Position numbers and translations under genes: made by a program
Origin: an uncultured virus (IMG/VR IMGVR_UViG_3300027736_000023)
Lineage: Duplodnaviria > Heunggongvirae > Uroviricota > Caudoviricetes
IMG/VR virus record: IMGVR_UViG_3300027736_000023
Direction: 5' to 3' (one strand)
DNA length: 64,000 nt
Notes under the pieces: generated by a model
What the model was told of the DNA's origin: nothing
What the model saw: only the letters and a program-made list of their open reading frames with translations
The model's database searches: none
In this document: piece after piece, positions 46,516-56,186 of the stretch
Layout of the letters: each line of letters opens with the position of its first letter
Numbering within the stretch: position 1 is the first letter of the stretch

Positions 46516-49500
46516 ATGGCAGGACTATCACACTTAAGAGACGTTTATGATAAGCGGGGTAAGGACTTTTTAGAAGGCTTACTAAATAAAACGGTTATTG
46601 TAAATGAAAAAATGGATGGAGCATTTTTTGGTGCTCAAAAAAATCCTGAAACTAATAAATTTAAATACTTTAAAAGAAATGCGGAAATTACGCATATTGA
46701 CCGGGTGCTTAGTAAATACTATGAGCCTGCGATTAAACATTTTGATGGGCTTGACTCTAATACAGTTTCACAAATTCCAAACAATTACCATTTTGGTATG
46801 GAATGGTTTACCAGCCCAAAGGCTCAAACTATTGCATACGATAGACTTCCAAAAAATGGCTTGATACTTAGTTATATTCATATATTAGATGAATCGGGCC
46901 AAATATCAGAGACCGTTCAAGATAAAGAAACTCTTGATAAATGGGCCGGTATTTTAAATATTGAACCACCGCCAATTGTATTTCAGGGTAAATTAACCGA
47001 TTTTCAAAAAGAAAAAGTTCAAGAATTTATCTACACTCCGTTTTCTGAATTGGTTGATCGATTTAAAACAACATCATTTACTAAATATATTATATCGGTA
47101 TTAAATCCTGAGATGGGAGCCTCTTTTCTTAGGGATACGCTAGACCAAGATATTGAAGGTTTGGTATTTAGATTTTACGATCCAAAAAATAAATCTGAGG
47201 ATTCTGTATTTTTAGCTAAATTGGTAGATCCAGTATTTCAGGCAAATGCAAAACAAAAAGCACAAGACCGGGTTCAAAAAAAATCAGATGACTATATTTG
47301 GATTATTGTAATTGACTTAATGAATTTTATTGAGAGAAATTCAGTTAGTGAGCTTAGATCAATAAAGCTATCTGGTAAGTCGTATGAAGAGCGCTATATT
47401 TCATTGGTTAATCATATTTATTTAAATTTTATTTCTGAGTTTGGAGAAAAATACACAGATTTAGATATTCAAATTCCTGAGTTTTTACAGAGAGAAGAAT
47501 TTGGTGTTAATTTTAAAATGATTAATAATAATAAGGTTACTAAAATACTTGAATCAAATCATAATTTTAAAGAAATTTACCGAATTTTCTTAAATATCTT
47601 TAGAAAAAAGTCAGTACGCGTTAGCTCAACATTCTTTACTAAAGAGATGCGAGCCAACTTAGTTTCTCAAATTAATAAACTAAGTAATGTAATACTAGGA
47701 GATTCAGTTTTTGAAAATTATTTTCCAACCTTTGGCGAATTTGTAGGAGAAGATAAAGATCCTGGATATTTTGAAAGTTATGCAGAAATTCCTGAGGAGA
47801 AAAAAAAAGCCAAACGGGTAAACGTAATAATTTCTGACTTTCAACCAATTCACCCAGGCCATATTAAGTCTGCACAAAAGTTATTTGATACAAACGGTCT
47901 GCCGTGTCTATTTGCATGCATTCATAGTGGATCAACAAATAAGTCTAAACCATTTAAAAAAGAAACAGTTTCTAATATTTTAGCTAAATTGGTAAATCAA
48001 CACCCAAGTTTTATTACAGGTTGGGTAATAGTATCTGATAATGAAGTTGAGAATCTGTTAAGAGAAATTAAACCTGCATATGATCCAGTTATTGTAGCTG
48101 CATCTAAGAATAGAATAAAAGATATTGCTCTACAGTTAGAATTAGCAAGAAAAAGGTCACGAAATTTAAATTTTAAAAAGGATTTGAAATTAATTGAATT
48201 GCCACCAGCCGGCCTAAAAGATTCAATTATGAAACACATTAAAAATCAAGACTATCTTAATTTTAAAGTAGATGCCCCAAATGAAATTCATTCTGAGTTT
48301 TTTAATATGAATAGGGATATGAATGAGTCTGTAAATGAAGCAGTTGAGGCAAGCTTTGCAAATGAAGGTCCTCAGTCAGACGAGTCAATTGCTGACGTTG
48401 TTAAAAAACTTACTGATCTAAAAGAAACGCGCCCTGCTCAATATCCTGAATTAATTAATTTAATTAACCGAAGAATCGATGCGTTAACTATGGATACACG
48501 TGAGCTAATTATTAAAGAAATTATAGCCCGACAATATAATAAAGTTGATTCAGATAAATTTTATAGCACGCTACTAGATACGTCAGTGCCGGTATCTGAT
48601 ATTAAGTCATTTAGCGAGTATATACAAAATGGTGGAGGTTATGATTTAAAAGATGAGATTGATAAAGATAAGACTATTATATTAGAAGCTAGCAATTTTA
48701 AAGCTAGCAATTTTGAAATGTCAGAAGATATGTTTAGAGAAATTATTAGTTATAAGCTAATAGGCGAAACAGGAAAAGGCGAATTATCTGCTATTTTATT
48801 TAAGACTGGAAAAAAGCAAAGTGTGGCAGGTGATATTAATATAAATGAGAAAAAAATTGAAGTAAAGGCATACGATGGAAAGCTTCAAAATACTTCAGTC
48901 GGTAATAATTATGCAGATGCAAGCAGTAATGTGATGGGTGTCAAATTAGAAGAACTTAAAGACCTAATTAAGGAGGCTGCTGCGACTACGGTAATTGATG
49001 CCACTGCCGGCCTGGATGAACTTACTGCGCAAGTAGATGAGGAGAAAAAAGAAATTAATCTGAGCTCGATTACATCGAAAGATTTAAATATTGGTACTAC
49101 AAAGTTAAGAGAGAGTTGGTTAACACTAAAAAACATTGCTAGTGAGAGCGGTCTTTCTGATATTAAATTTGCTGAGTGGTTTGCCGGTATATTTTATGGA
49201 GGAATTTGGAAAACCGAAACCGGTTATAGCCCGGTTTTAGTGACTCAACTTAAAAAAGAAACTGAAGATTATTTTGGAAAAAACACCCGCACTAAGGAGG
49301 AGGCTCAAAGTTTTTTAAATAAATTAGGGTGGCACTCTTTACGATATTATCAAAAATGTGATAACTTTGATAAATTATTATATGTAAATATTAATAATAA
49401 AGAAAATAGTATTATTATTTATGATCCGCTGAAGGCTACTGAATCTGAATTTAGTGAAAGGTTTAGAATTTTAAATGGTCCAAGCTGGACAGATGCCCGA

Positions 49501-49557
49501 AGTAATAGCAGTTTTAGATTAAGAGCTAAATCCGAACCATCCGAACCATCTATCTAA
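46516..49557 (+). CDS. multidomain protein: RNA ligase-like + HIGH nucleotidyltransferase + PD-(D/E)xK-like domain
   Basis: NEKMDG, GMEWF, EGLVFRF, LAKLVD; FQPIHPGH; GKGE...GDI...IEVK. Confidence 0.7.
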   Translation: MAGLSHLRDVYDKRGKDFLEGLLNKTVIVNEKMDGAFFGAQKNPETNKFKYFKRNAEITHIDRVLSKYYEPAIKHFDGLDSNTVSQIPNNYHFGMEWFTSPKAQTIAYDRLPKNGLILSYIHILDESGQISETVQDKETLDKWAGILNIEPPPIVFQGKLTDFQKEKVQEFIYTPFSELVDRFKTTSFTKYIISVLNPEMGASFLRDTLDQDIEGLVFRFYDPKNKSEDSVFLAKLVDPVFQANAKQKAQDRVQKKSDDYIWIIVIDLMNFIERNSVSELRSIKLSGKSYEERYISLVNHIYLNFISEFGEKYTDLDIQIPEFLQREEFGVNFKMINNNKVTKILESNHNFKEIYRIFLNIFRKKSVRVSSTFFTKEMRANLVSQINKLSNVILGDSVFENYFPTFGEFVGEDKDPGYFESYAEIPEEKKKAKRVNVIISDFQPIHPGHIKSAQKLFDTNGLPCLFACIHSGSTNKSKPFKKETVSNILAKLVNQHPSFITGWVIVSDNEVENLLREIKPAYDPVIVAASKNRIKDIALQLELARKRSRNLNFKKDLKLIELPPAGLKDSIMKHIKNQDYLNFKVDAPNEIHSEFFNMNRDMNESVNEAVEASFANEGPQSDESIADVVKKLTDLKETRPAQYPELINLINRRIDALTMDTRELIIKEIIARQYNKVDSDKFYSTLLDTSVPVSDIKSFSEYIQNGGGYDLKDEIDKDKTIILEASNFKASNFEMSEDMFREIISYKLIGETGKGELSAILFKTGKKQSVAGDININEKKIEVKAYDGKLQNTSVGNNYADASSNVMGVKLEELKDLIKEAAATTVIDATAGLDELTAQVDEEKKEINLSSITSKDLNIGTTKLRESWLTLKNIASESGLSDIKFAEWFAGIFYGGIWKTETGYSPVLVTQLKKETEDYFGKNTRTKEEAQSFLNKLGWHSLRYYQKCDNFDKLLYVNINNKENSIIIYDPLKATESEFSERFRILNGPSWTDARSNSSFRLRAKSEPSEPSI

Positions 49558-49592
49558 TTATTTTTGTCTTTTTCATTAATAAATAACATAGT

Positions 49593-49775
49593 ATGGAAAA
49601 GACTCATAAAAACGCTGAAAATTGGAGAAATGGTAAAGAGCCGTTAAGAAATGCGGTTATGCAGCATCCTGAAGGAAATGACGTATATGATTACTTGCAA
49701 AAGAATATTGAACGTAATTTCTGGGTGACCCCATTTAAATCCTGGGAAAAGCGACAAAAATTACGTAAATCATAA
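49593..49775 (+). CDS. small hypothetical protein
   Basis: 60 aa after AATAAATAA at 49578-49586. Confidence 0.65.
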   Translation: MEKTHKNAENWRNGKEPLRNAVMQHPEGNDVYDYLQKNIERNFWVTPFKSWEKRQKLRKS

Positions 49776-50194
49776 TGTTTGGAATGGAAGACTTAACAGA
49801 GCCACAAGGTCAATCTGAGGTAACTATTAGCTATTTTATGCTATCTTTATTACAGATAGCTGATCAGTCAAAAATATTACATTGGCAAACAGATTATGAT
49901 ACTGAACATCGTCATTTTGGACTGTTTTATGAAACCTTTATTGAGCAAATGGATACTCTAATTGAAGCTATTGCTGGTAAATACGGTAAGCATACCCTTA
50001 AATTTGGTGAAGCCGCAATTACAGTTGGAGATTATGAATTAAATCGTGACTCTTTCTTTAAACAGGTTGACTATATTTTTCGTGAAAACTTTAGTCAATT
50101 ATTTGATAGAGAAACTGACTCTGAACTATATAATTTAGCGGATGAGATTTTAGATCTTAAAAATAAAGTGCAGTATTTATTGCAACTACGATAA
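49775..50194 (+). CDS. ferritin/Dps-like protein
   Basis: LHWQT...EHRHFG.FYE...D.LIE; C-terminal YLLQL. Confidence 0.75.
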   Translation: MFGMEDLTEPQGQSEVTISYFMLSLLQIADQSKILHWQTDYDTEHRHFGLFYETFIEQMDTLIEAIAGKYGKHTLKFGEAAITVGDYELNRDSFFKQVDYIFRENFSQLFDRETDSELYNLADEILDLKNKVQYLLQLR

Positions 50195-50195
50195 T

Positions 50196-51680
50196 ATGTT
50201 TATAAAAGTAAAACGTTTTCAGCACGTAGAGTCATTACTATTAGAGGCACAAACAATTGAGCTAAATACTAAATTTGATGCAGCAATCGCTGACTTTACC
50301 AAAAACACGGCAGCACCGGATTACACAAAATTTGATAATTTAATTGTATCCATGTTAGATTTACAAATTGAAAATCACCAAGCATTTATTAATAAGTTTG
50401 GAGAAGATAAAGCTGCTAATTTAATTACTGGCTATTTAGGATATTGTGATGCTCGGTTAAAAGCATTAACTACAAAGATTGTAACTGAATACCAGAGTGG
50501 TGTTCCAGATTTAGAAGAAATTAAAAACAATCAAGAATTGTTAGGAGTTATGAATGCTAGAATTGATAAGTTAACTACGATCTATGAAGAATTAAAGATT
50601 AGAAATCCTAGTAGTCAAATAATTGCAGGGATTACTCAAAAAATAAAAGACGTTACAAAGACTGTGGTTGACTCAATGGACTCAGTACTTTATGGAATAA
50701 GCTTAACTGTAAAAAAAGGACAAACTGATATGGCAGCGGCCGTAACCGATGAAGAAAAGCTGAAATTTGCAAACTTAACATTTAATAAATTTAATACATT
50801 AGTGCTATATTCAAAGAGCTTGCCTGGCAAATACCAACAAGAAATTAACAGTGCAAAGGTTGAAGCTGACAGTAACATAGAACGAGCTACGGGTATGGAT
50901 CCTAATCAACTATCACAAGCTATTAACTTGACTGGAGAAATTAAACTGAAAATTGCTAAACTCCAAATGACTAATTGGAAAACAGTTGAGGAACTTGAAC
51001 TTGAGTATGAACAAATTAAGAGTCAAATTAATTCGTTAAAAGGAACAGGTGCTGAACCTAATATTGAAATTTTAACTGAGCAATTAGAGATTGATGTTAA
51101 TATTATTCGTGAAAAAATAAAAGATAAATCGCTTGATCTAGATAAAACCAAAGGAATTCATTTTGATTTTAATATAAAATTAAAATTATATGAAAAAACA
51201 GTGTTACCGGTAACCGGTCAACAAATTGCGGATAATTCAAAAATTACTAAATTTAAAAACGCGCTAGTCTCATTTCTTTCATTTCTTGGAACACCAGAAC
51301 CATATACTCCACGCGAGCAAGCATTGTCTAATCTAGGAAAGAAAATACATGATACCTATGCAAAGGTTTTAAATACATCGGCTAAGTTTATTGGAAAAGC
51401 ACTAGGCGGTAAAGAAGGAAAATTAAAGGCTGACGGTCTCTCTAGAATTTTTATTCCTAACACCGACGTATTAGATAAAAAACCGGTAGCTGAAGAATTA
51501 GGAGCAGGTTCAGCTCCAGGATTAAGCGTACAGGTGCCGGGCTCAATTGGTTCAATGGGGCCAATTACTCCGCCTACCCAAACAACATTTGGTTCAGGAG
51601 ATAATTTTTCACCAAAAAAGAAAAAATCCAAGTCTAAAATTCTTGGATTTAGTGAATACTTAAAAGAGAATAAATTTTAA
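50196..51680 (+). CDS. helical hypothetical protein (putative internal head protein)
   Basis: N-terminal VKRFQHVESLLLE and C-terminal KILGFSEYLKE. Confidence 0.7.
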   Translation: MFIKVKRFQHVESLLLEAQTIELNTKFDAAIADFTKNTAAPDYTKFDNLIVSMLDLQIENHQAFINKFGEDKAANLITGYLGYCDARLKALTTKIVTEYQSGVPDLEEIKNNQELLGVMNARIDKLTTIYEELKIRNPSSQIIAGITQKIKDVTKTVVDSMDSVLYGISLTVKKGQTDMAAAVTDEEKLKFANLTFNKFNTLVLYSKSLPGKYQQEINSAKVEADSNIERATGMDPNQLSQAINLTGEIKLKIAKLQMTNWKTVEELELEYEQIKSQINSLKGTGAEPNIEILTEQLEIDVNIIREKIKDKSLDLDKTKGIHFDFNIKLKLYEKTVLPVTGQQIADNSKITKFKNALVSFLSFLGTPEPYTPREQALSNLGKKIHDTYAKVLNTSAKFIGKALGGKEGKLKADGLSRIFIPNTDVLDKKPVAEELGAGSAPGLSVQVPGSIGSMGPITPPTQTTFGSGDNFSPKKKKSKSKILGFSEYLKENKF

Positions 51681-51695
51681 AAAATAATAATAATA

Positions 51696-52148
51696 ATGAA
51701 AAATTTAATAAAAACATTTGAATCATTTGATCATAATTCCAAATTAGGAAATATTGAAATTGAGCAAGAATCACATCATGAAGTTAATCACTACATGTTT
51801 TTTGGTAATCTTGAAACAATTAAGAGATATGTTGATGCAATGTTAGAAATGGATCCTGTTACAGTTAACGAATTATTAGATAATGGTCATGATTGGGCAG
51901 CCGATCATATTGCAACATCAAAGGATGATATTGAAGAGGTTGCAAATTTCCTTATGAATAAAATGCACGAGTCACCTGATTCAGAAGATGAAATGTTTGA
52001 ATATGATGAATCCTATGAATCCGATAAATACGTTGGTGAGAAATACTCATGTAATGAGTGCGGTATGACTTATGACGGCAGTATGTATGAAGACAGTGAA
52101 CCGACTTCAGTATGCGAAGCTTGTGGAGGTAGAGTTACACGAATGTAA
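51696..52148 (+). CDS. hypothetical protein with C-terminal zinc ribbon
   Basis: MKNLIKTFESF; YMFF, GHDWAADHI; CNEC...CEAC. Confidence 0.75.
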   Translation: MKNLIKTFESFDHNSKLGNIEIEQESHHEVNHYMFFGNLETIKRYVDAMLEMDPVTVNELLDNGHDWAADHIATSKDDIEEVANFLMNKMHESPDSEDEMFEYDESYESDKYVGEKYSCNECGMTYDGSMYEDSEPTSVCEACGGRVTRM

Positions 52149-52154
52149 TTAGCT

Positions 52155-52709
52155 ATGATAAATCCCCGTATAATTTCTGAAAATTTAAAGTACCATATAG
52201 AGCGTGGAATGTCAGTGGCCGAGTCTATTTTTAGACCAGGCAGTACTGCACATATTCAGCTATTAGTTGAGGCTCGTAGTCAATTTGACGCTGGTGAAAT
52301 GAATTTTACTGGAGTTGATACAATTTTATTTATTGAAACTGATCTAGGTAAAACTGATATTTTTAATGGTAAAATAGTTGCACTCGATTTTCCAATTGAA
52401 GAATTTGAGTTATATGAGGCACAGTATCATGGAAAAGAGGTTAGGTTAGGATATCCGCAACGAGGCGGAGCAAAAAAATATCACGTTTTTGTAAAAGACC
52501 CAGCCTCTGGTAAAGTTAAAAAGATTGCCTTTGGTGATGTACACGGTGGATTAACTGCAAAAGTAAGTAATCCCAAAGCCAGAGCCTCTTTTGCTGCGCG
52601 TCATCAGTGTCATCTTAAAAAAGATAAAACAAAAGCTGGGTACTGGGCATGTAGAAGTAACAGATATGCTCATTTATGGGGAGGTAAAACCTATCCTGGA
52701 TTCTGGTAA
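52155..52709 (+). CDS. conserved phage hypothetical protein
   Basis: KVKKIAFGD...ARASFAARHQC...AGYWAC, familiar from large phages. Confidence 0.75.
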   Translation: MINPRIISENLKYHIERGMSVAESIFRPGSTAHIQLLVEARSQFDAGEMNFTGVDTILFIETDLGKTDIFNGKIVALDFPIEEFELYEAQYHGKEVRLGYPQRGGAKKYHVFVKDPASGKVKKIAFGDVHGGLTAKVSNPKARASFAARHQCHLKKDKTKAGYWACRSNRYAHLWGGKTYPGFW

Positions 52710-52726
52710 AAATAAAATAGAATAGT

Positions 52727-53518
52727 ATGAACTACCGACACACATTTGAAAGCAACAAAGATAAAAGTTTAGTAAGAGCAATTGCTGAAGACCTACTTCC
52801 ATATATACAAAAGATTAAAGATGAAACTGGAATCTATACAGTAGGTGAGTTTGAAAACTTAATGAGTGGCCGCGGCGGGGATATGGGATTAACTGATGAA
52901 GTTATTTCAGAACTAGTAGATATGGGATTTGAATTTGATGAGGACCAGGATTCAGCAGGTTCTGAACCAGATAGTTTCGAAGGATATCCTGGAATAAAAT
53001 ATAGTCTAAATGAAAAAGGGACTAAATTAAGTGATAAAAAGAGTCCATACTTTAAAGGTTTAAACCCTGATCAAAAATCTAAAAAACAGGCTCAAATGAA
53101 GCGTCAAGCTAAAATGAGTGATTCAGATTCAACTGCATATAAACCAATGGCTGGAGACCTAGATAAAAAAGGTAAGTTTAAAGGTTCAAAAGTTAAGAGC
53201 TCATATACTAAAGAGGTTAACCGTGATCTATCTGAAACTAAAGTTTTTAAATTTACAGAATGGATGCAAGTTAATGAATCAGGTCCAGCAGATACCTCAT
53301 TAAAGGCAAAGGCCAAAAAATATAAAATGCCATTTGGTATATTAAAACAGGTATTTAATAGAGGCATGGCTGCCTGGAAAACAGGTCACCGACCTGGTCA
53401 AAGTCAACAGGCTTGGGCACATGCCCGAGTAAATTCGTTTGTTACAAGGTCAAGTGGAACTTGGGGCAAGGCGGATAAAGATTTAGCTCAAAAGGTAAGA
53501 GCATCCAAGAAAAAGTAA
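52727..53518 (+). CDS. multi-module phage hypothetical protein
   Basis: C-terminal ILKQVFNRGMAAWKTGHRPG...WAHARVNSF; internal FKFTEWMQVNE. Confidence 0.75.
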   Translation: MNYRHTFESNKDKSLVRAIAEDLLPYIQKIKDETGIYTVGEFENLMSGRGGDMGLTDEVISELVDMGFEFDEDQDSAGSEPDSFEGYPGIKYSLNEKGTKLSDKKSPYFKGLNPDQKSKKQAQMKRQAKMSDSDSTAYKPMAGDLDKKGKFKGSKVKSSYTKEVNRDLSETKVFKFTEWMQVNESGPADTSLKAKAKKYKMPFGILKQVFNRGMAAWKTGHRPGQSQQAWAHARVNSFVTRSSGTWGKADKDLAQKVRASKKK

Positions 53519-53527
53519 TCCATAATA

Positions 53528-54658
53528 GTGCAACACATATTACACTATATCGATTTTTTAAACGAGGCAGCAACCGAATCATTTTATCCAAATTATTTTA
53601 ATCTTCCATATGTTATTCCGGAAGATAGATTTAGAGATGGATTATTAAAAAATATAGATAGTCGTAAGGGAAAATCATTAACTAAACGAAACATTTCGTT
53701 AGATCGTGCTACATATCCAAATAAAGAAGCTTTCTTAGATGATGCTTCAATTTCTGCAATCGAGACCGGTGTTTATTCAACGATCAATAGAGTTATTAAA
53801 TTTATTGAAAATAATCCACTTACTGGAAAAACAATTAAAGCAAAATATTTATCTAATACTTCAATTAGTGAGTATTTAGAATCAGGCCTTGATGAAGATA
53901 TTAACCTTGGTACAATTGAAACAAATTTGCCATTTTTTACCTTTGACATCCGAGTTGACTATGATATTTATAAAAATATTCCAGTTTTTACTTTTTGGGC
54001 AGATGGAGATCTTTTTTATTACTACACAATTTTTACATTGGAACCAAATGATGTTCTTGGTTCAGGAGAATTTCATACATATATTACGGCTGACGAATTT
54101 ATTAATAGCCTATTTTATGAGACTGTTTGGCGAGCAGCAATATCTGAGATATATGAAACAAATTATGAAATTTTTGAAAAACTAGGTTTTTCAGAATCAA
54201 CATATGAAATAGCAAGTAATTATAATTATCCTAGTAAAATAACAAATAATTATTTTAATAAAAAATTTGTAAGCCTATTAAAAACCTGGATATCTTCTGG
54301 CAACCTAGTATCTACAAATGGTAAACCGCCTATATTTGACGCACACACAGCAATTCCATCCTTTGCATTAATGAGTATGCCTGGAGAATTTGGAAAACTT
54401 GTTAAAACTCAACCTGGACCGACTCAAAATAATTATACAATTCGACTACTACCAATTGATCAAAATAAATATTTAGCTCTTAAATTTATATTTAATAATA
54501 ACTATCTAATATCTATTGAATCTGCTAATTATTCTACTGGTTTTGATTGGGATTCAATTATATGGGAACCTTTATCTCAACACGAAGTAAATAAATTATA
54601 TTTTATTGACAATAACACCGGAAAAGCTATGTATATACAAAAATTTATGAAATCTTAA
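53528..54658 (+). CDS. hypothetical protein (putative internal head protein)
   Basis: GTG start; ILHYIDFLNE. Confidence 0.7.
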   Translation: MQHILHYIDFLNEAATESFYPNYFNLPYVIPEDRFRDGLLKNIDSRKGKSLTKRNISLDRATYPNKEAFLDDASISAIETGVYSTINRVIKFIENNPLTGKTIKAKYLSNTSISEYLESGLDEDINLGTIETNLPFFTFDIRVDYDIYKNIPVFTFWADGDLFYYYTIFTLEPNDVLGSGEFHTYITADEFINSLFYETVWRAAISEIYETNYEIFEKLGFSESTYEIASNYNYPSKITNNYFNKKFVSLLKTWISSGNLVSTNGKPPIFDAHTAIPSFALMSMPGEFGKLVKTQPGPTQNNYTIRLLPIDQNKYLALKFIFNNNYLISIESANYSTGFDWDSIIWEPLSQHEVNKLYFIDNNTGKAMYIQKFMKS

Positions 54659-54659
54659 T

Positions 54660-55520
54660 ATGAAATATTTAAAAACATATCAATTATTTGAAAATATTAC
54701 AAGTGAAAAATTATATCACGGTAATAGAAAAGGCGATTTTCCGCCTACTATCAAAAAATTTGGTGCTATATTTTTAACCAGTAACTTAAATTTTGCAAAA
54801 TCGTTTGCAGCACAAGATCAAGATGAGAGAGAAGAGTTTCCAGATGGAGGAGTTTGGGAAGTAAACTTAAAACCTAATCTAAAAATTTGTGAACCCAGCC
54901 AAATAGAAACAATGAAGGAATTGGATTTAAAATCAATATTACAAAAAATGATAGATGATGAATATGTAGATCCAGTAAATGGTAAAAAATTCAAATCAGA
55001 TAGAGGCAAAGAATACAAAGGATTTGATTATGATACCGAAAAAGAATTTGACTTAGAAGATACCTCACAGACTGTTTATTATTATCTTAGGCAAATAAAG
55101 TATGGCGGTTGGCTGATAATAGAGTGCCAACCTATCATTAATGCAATTAAGGATAGACAATACGATGGGTATGAGGTTACTGAATTAGGTTCTAAAAATG
55201 TAGCAATATTTGAAGAGTCATCAATTGAAAGTTTTGATAAAATAATTACAAATAAAGATTCTTTAATTAGTGAATCAAAAAAGCCAAAAGGCTCTCCAGC
55301 CTGGCATGACTCGGATGCGCCTGATGCAAACGGTAAATTTAAAACACTTGGAATAAAGGAGCTTGCCGCCTGGTTAATAAGAACCAGAAATAAAGATATG
55401 CAAAAGATTACAGGTAGCATTAACCAACAGGTTGTGTTTAACCGTAAAAAGAATCCAGCTTATGCAAAAAAGATGGAAAAGGTTAGAGCTGAAGTAAAAC
55501 GTCAACTTGGTAAAAAATAA
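54660..55520 (+). CDS. ADP-ribosyltransferase-like protein plus C-terminal basic module
   Basis: LYHG, AIFLTSN..FAKSFA, VWEVNL, YDG, VAIFE. Confidence 0.6.
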   Translation: MKYLKTYQLFENITSEKLYHGNRKGDFPPTIKKFGAIFLTSNLNFAKSFAAQDQDEREEFPDGGVWEVNLKPNLKICEPSQIETMKELDLKSILQKMIDDEYVDPVNGKKFKSDRGKEYKGFDYDTEKEFDLEDTSQTVYYYLRQIKYGGWLIIECQPIINAIKDRQYDGYEVTELGSKNVAIFEESSIESFDKIITNKDSLISESKKPKGSPAWHDSDAPDANGKFKTLGIKELAAWLIRTRNKDMQKITGSINQQVVFNRKKNPAYAKKMEKVRAEVKRQLGKK

Positions 55521-55526
55521 TAACCT

Positions 55527-55802
55527 ATGAGTCTGCCATTTCAAGAAACCGAGCTAGACAGTACAACCTCGATTAGGGTATTCGGTGCAGACATTGATCC
55601 GATTGAGCTTATGTGGCACAGAGACGATGAGGCCCGCACAATTGAACCTATTAATTTTACAGATTGGCTCATACAATTAGAGAATTGTTTGCCTTTTGCA
55701 ATAGATCACTCTATAAATATTAATAGACATGAATGGCACCGACTAATTAAGGGATCAGGCAGTTTAACCCTAAAAATTATAAAACATAAATATGAAACTT
55801 AA
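55527..55802 (+). CDS. small cupin-like protein
   Basis: ELMWHRD...WHRLIKG. Confidence 0.6.
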   Translation: MSLPFQETELDSTTSIRVFGADIDPIELMWHRDDEARTIEPINFTDWLIQLENCLPFAIDHSININRHEWHRLIKGSGSLTLKIIKHKYET

Positions 55803-56169
55803 TATTGGCGATAAGGTTATTTTTCGAGCCAGTGCCGAGGAGCAACAAAATGCACTATTTGAATTAATAGATGGAGCATCAGCTACGGTAACTGAAGTTG
55901 ACTCGCCAATTTATGCACCGCATATTAAGTTTGTTGAGATAAAATTAGATGAACCAGTTGAACTTAACGGAGAAATGATTAAAATAGTTACTGGCTTAGA
56001 CCCAGATAATATTGAAAAATTAGATGCAGTATCTGAATCTAAATTGGCCAGAAATAAAGATAAAAAGTCTTTAAAAATAAAGAAAAAATCGGACCGTAGG
56101 CTAATTTCTGAATTAAATGAACTTGCTGTCTATAAATTTAGTGATTGGGAATTAACTAAACTACTTTAA
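55792..56169 (+). CDS. hypothetical protein (SH3/KOW-like N-terminus)
   Basis: LNIGDKVIF...ATVTEV...VEIKLD. Confidence 0.6.
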   Translation: MKLNIGDKVIFRASAEEQQNALFELIDGASATVTEVDSPIYAPHIKFVEIKLDEPVELNGEMIKIVTGLDPDNIEKLDAVSESKLARNKDKKSLKIKKKSDRRLISELNELAVYKFSDWELTKLL

Positions 56170-56186
56170 AATAATATAACTAGATA

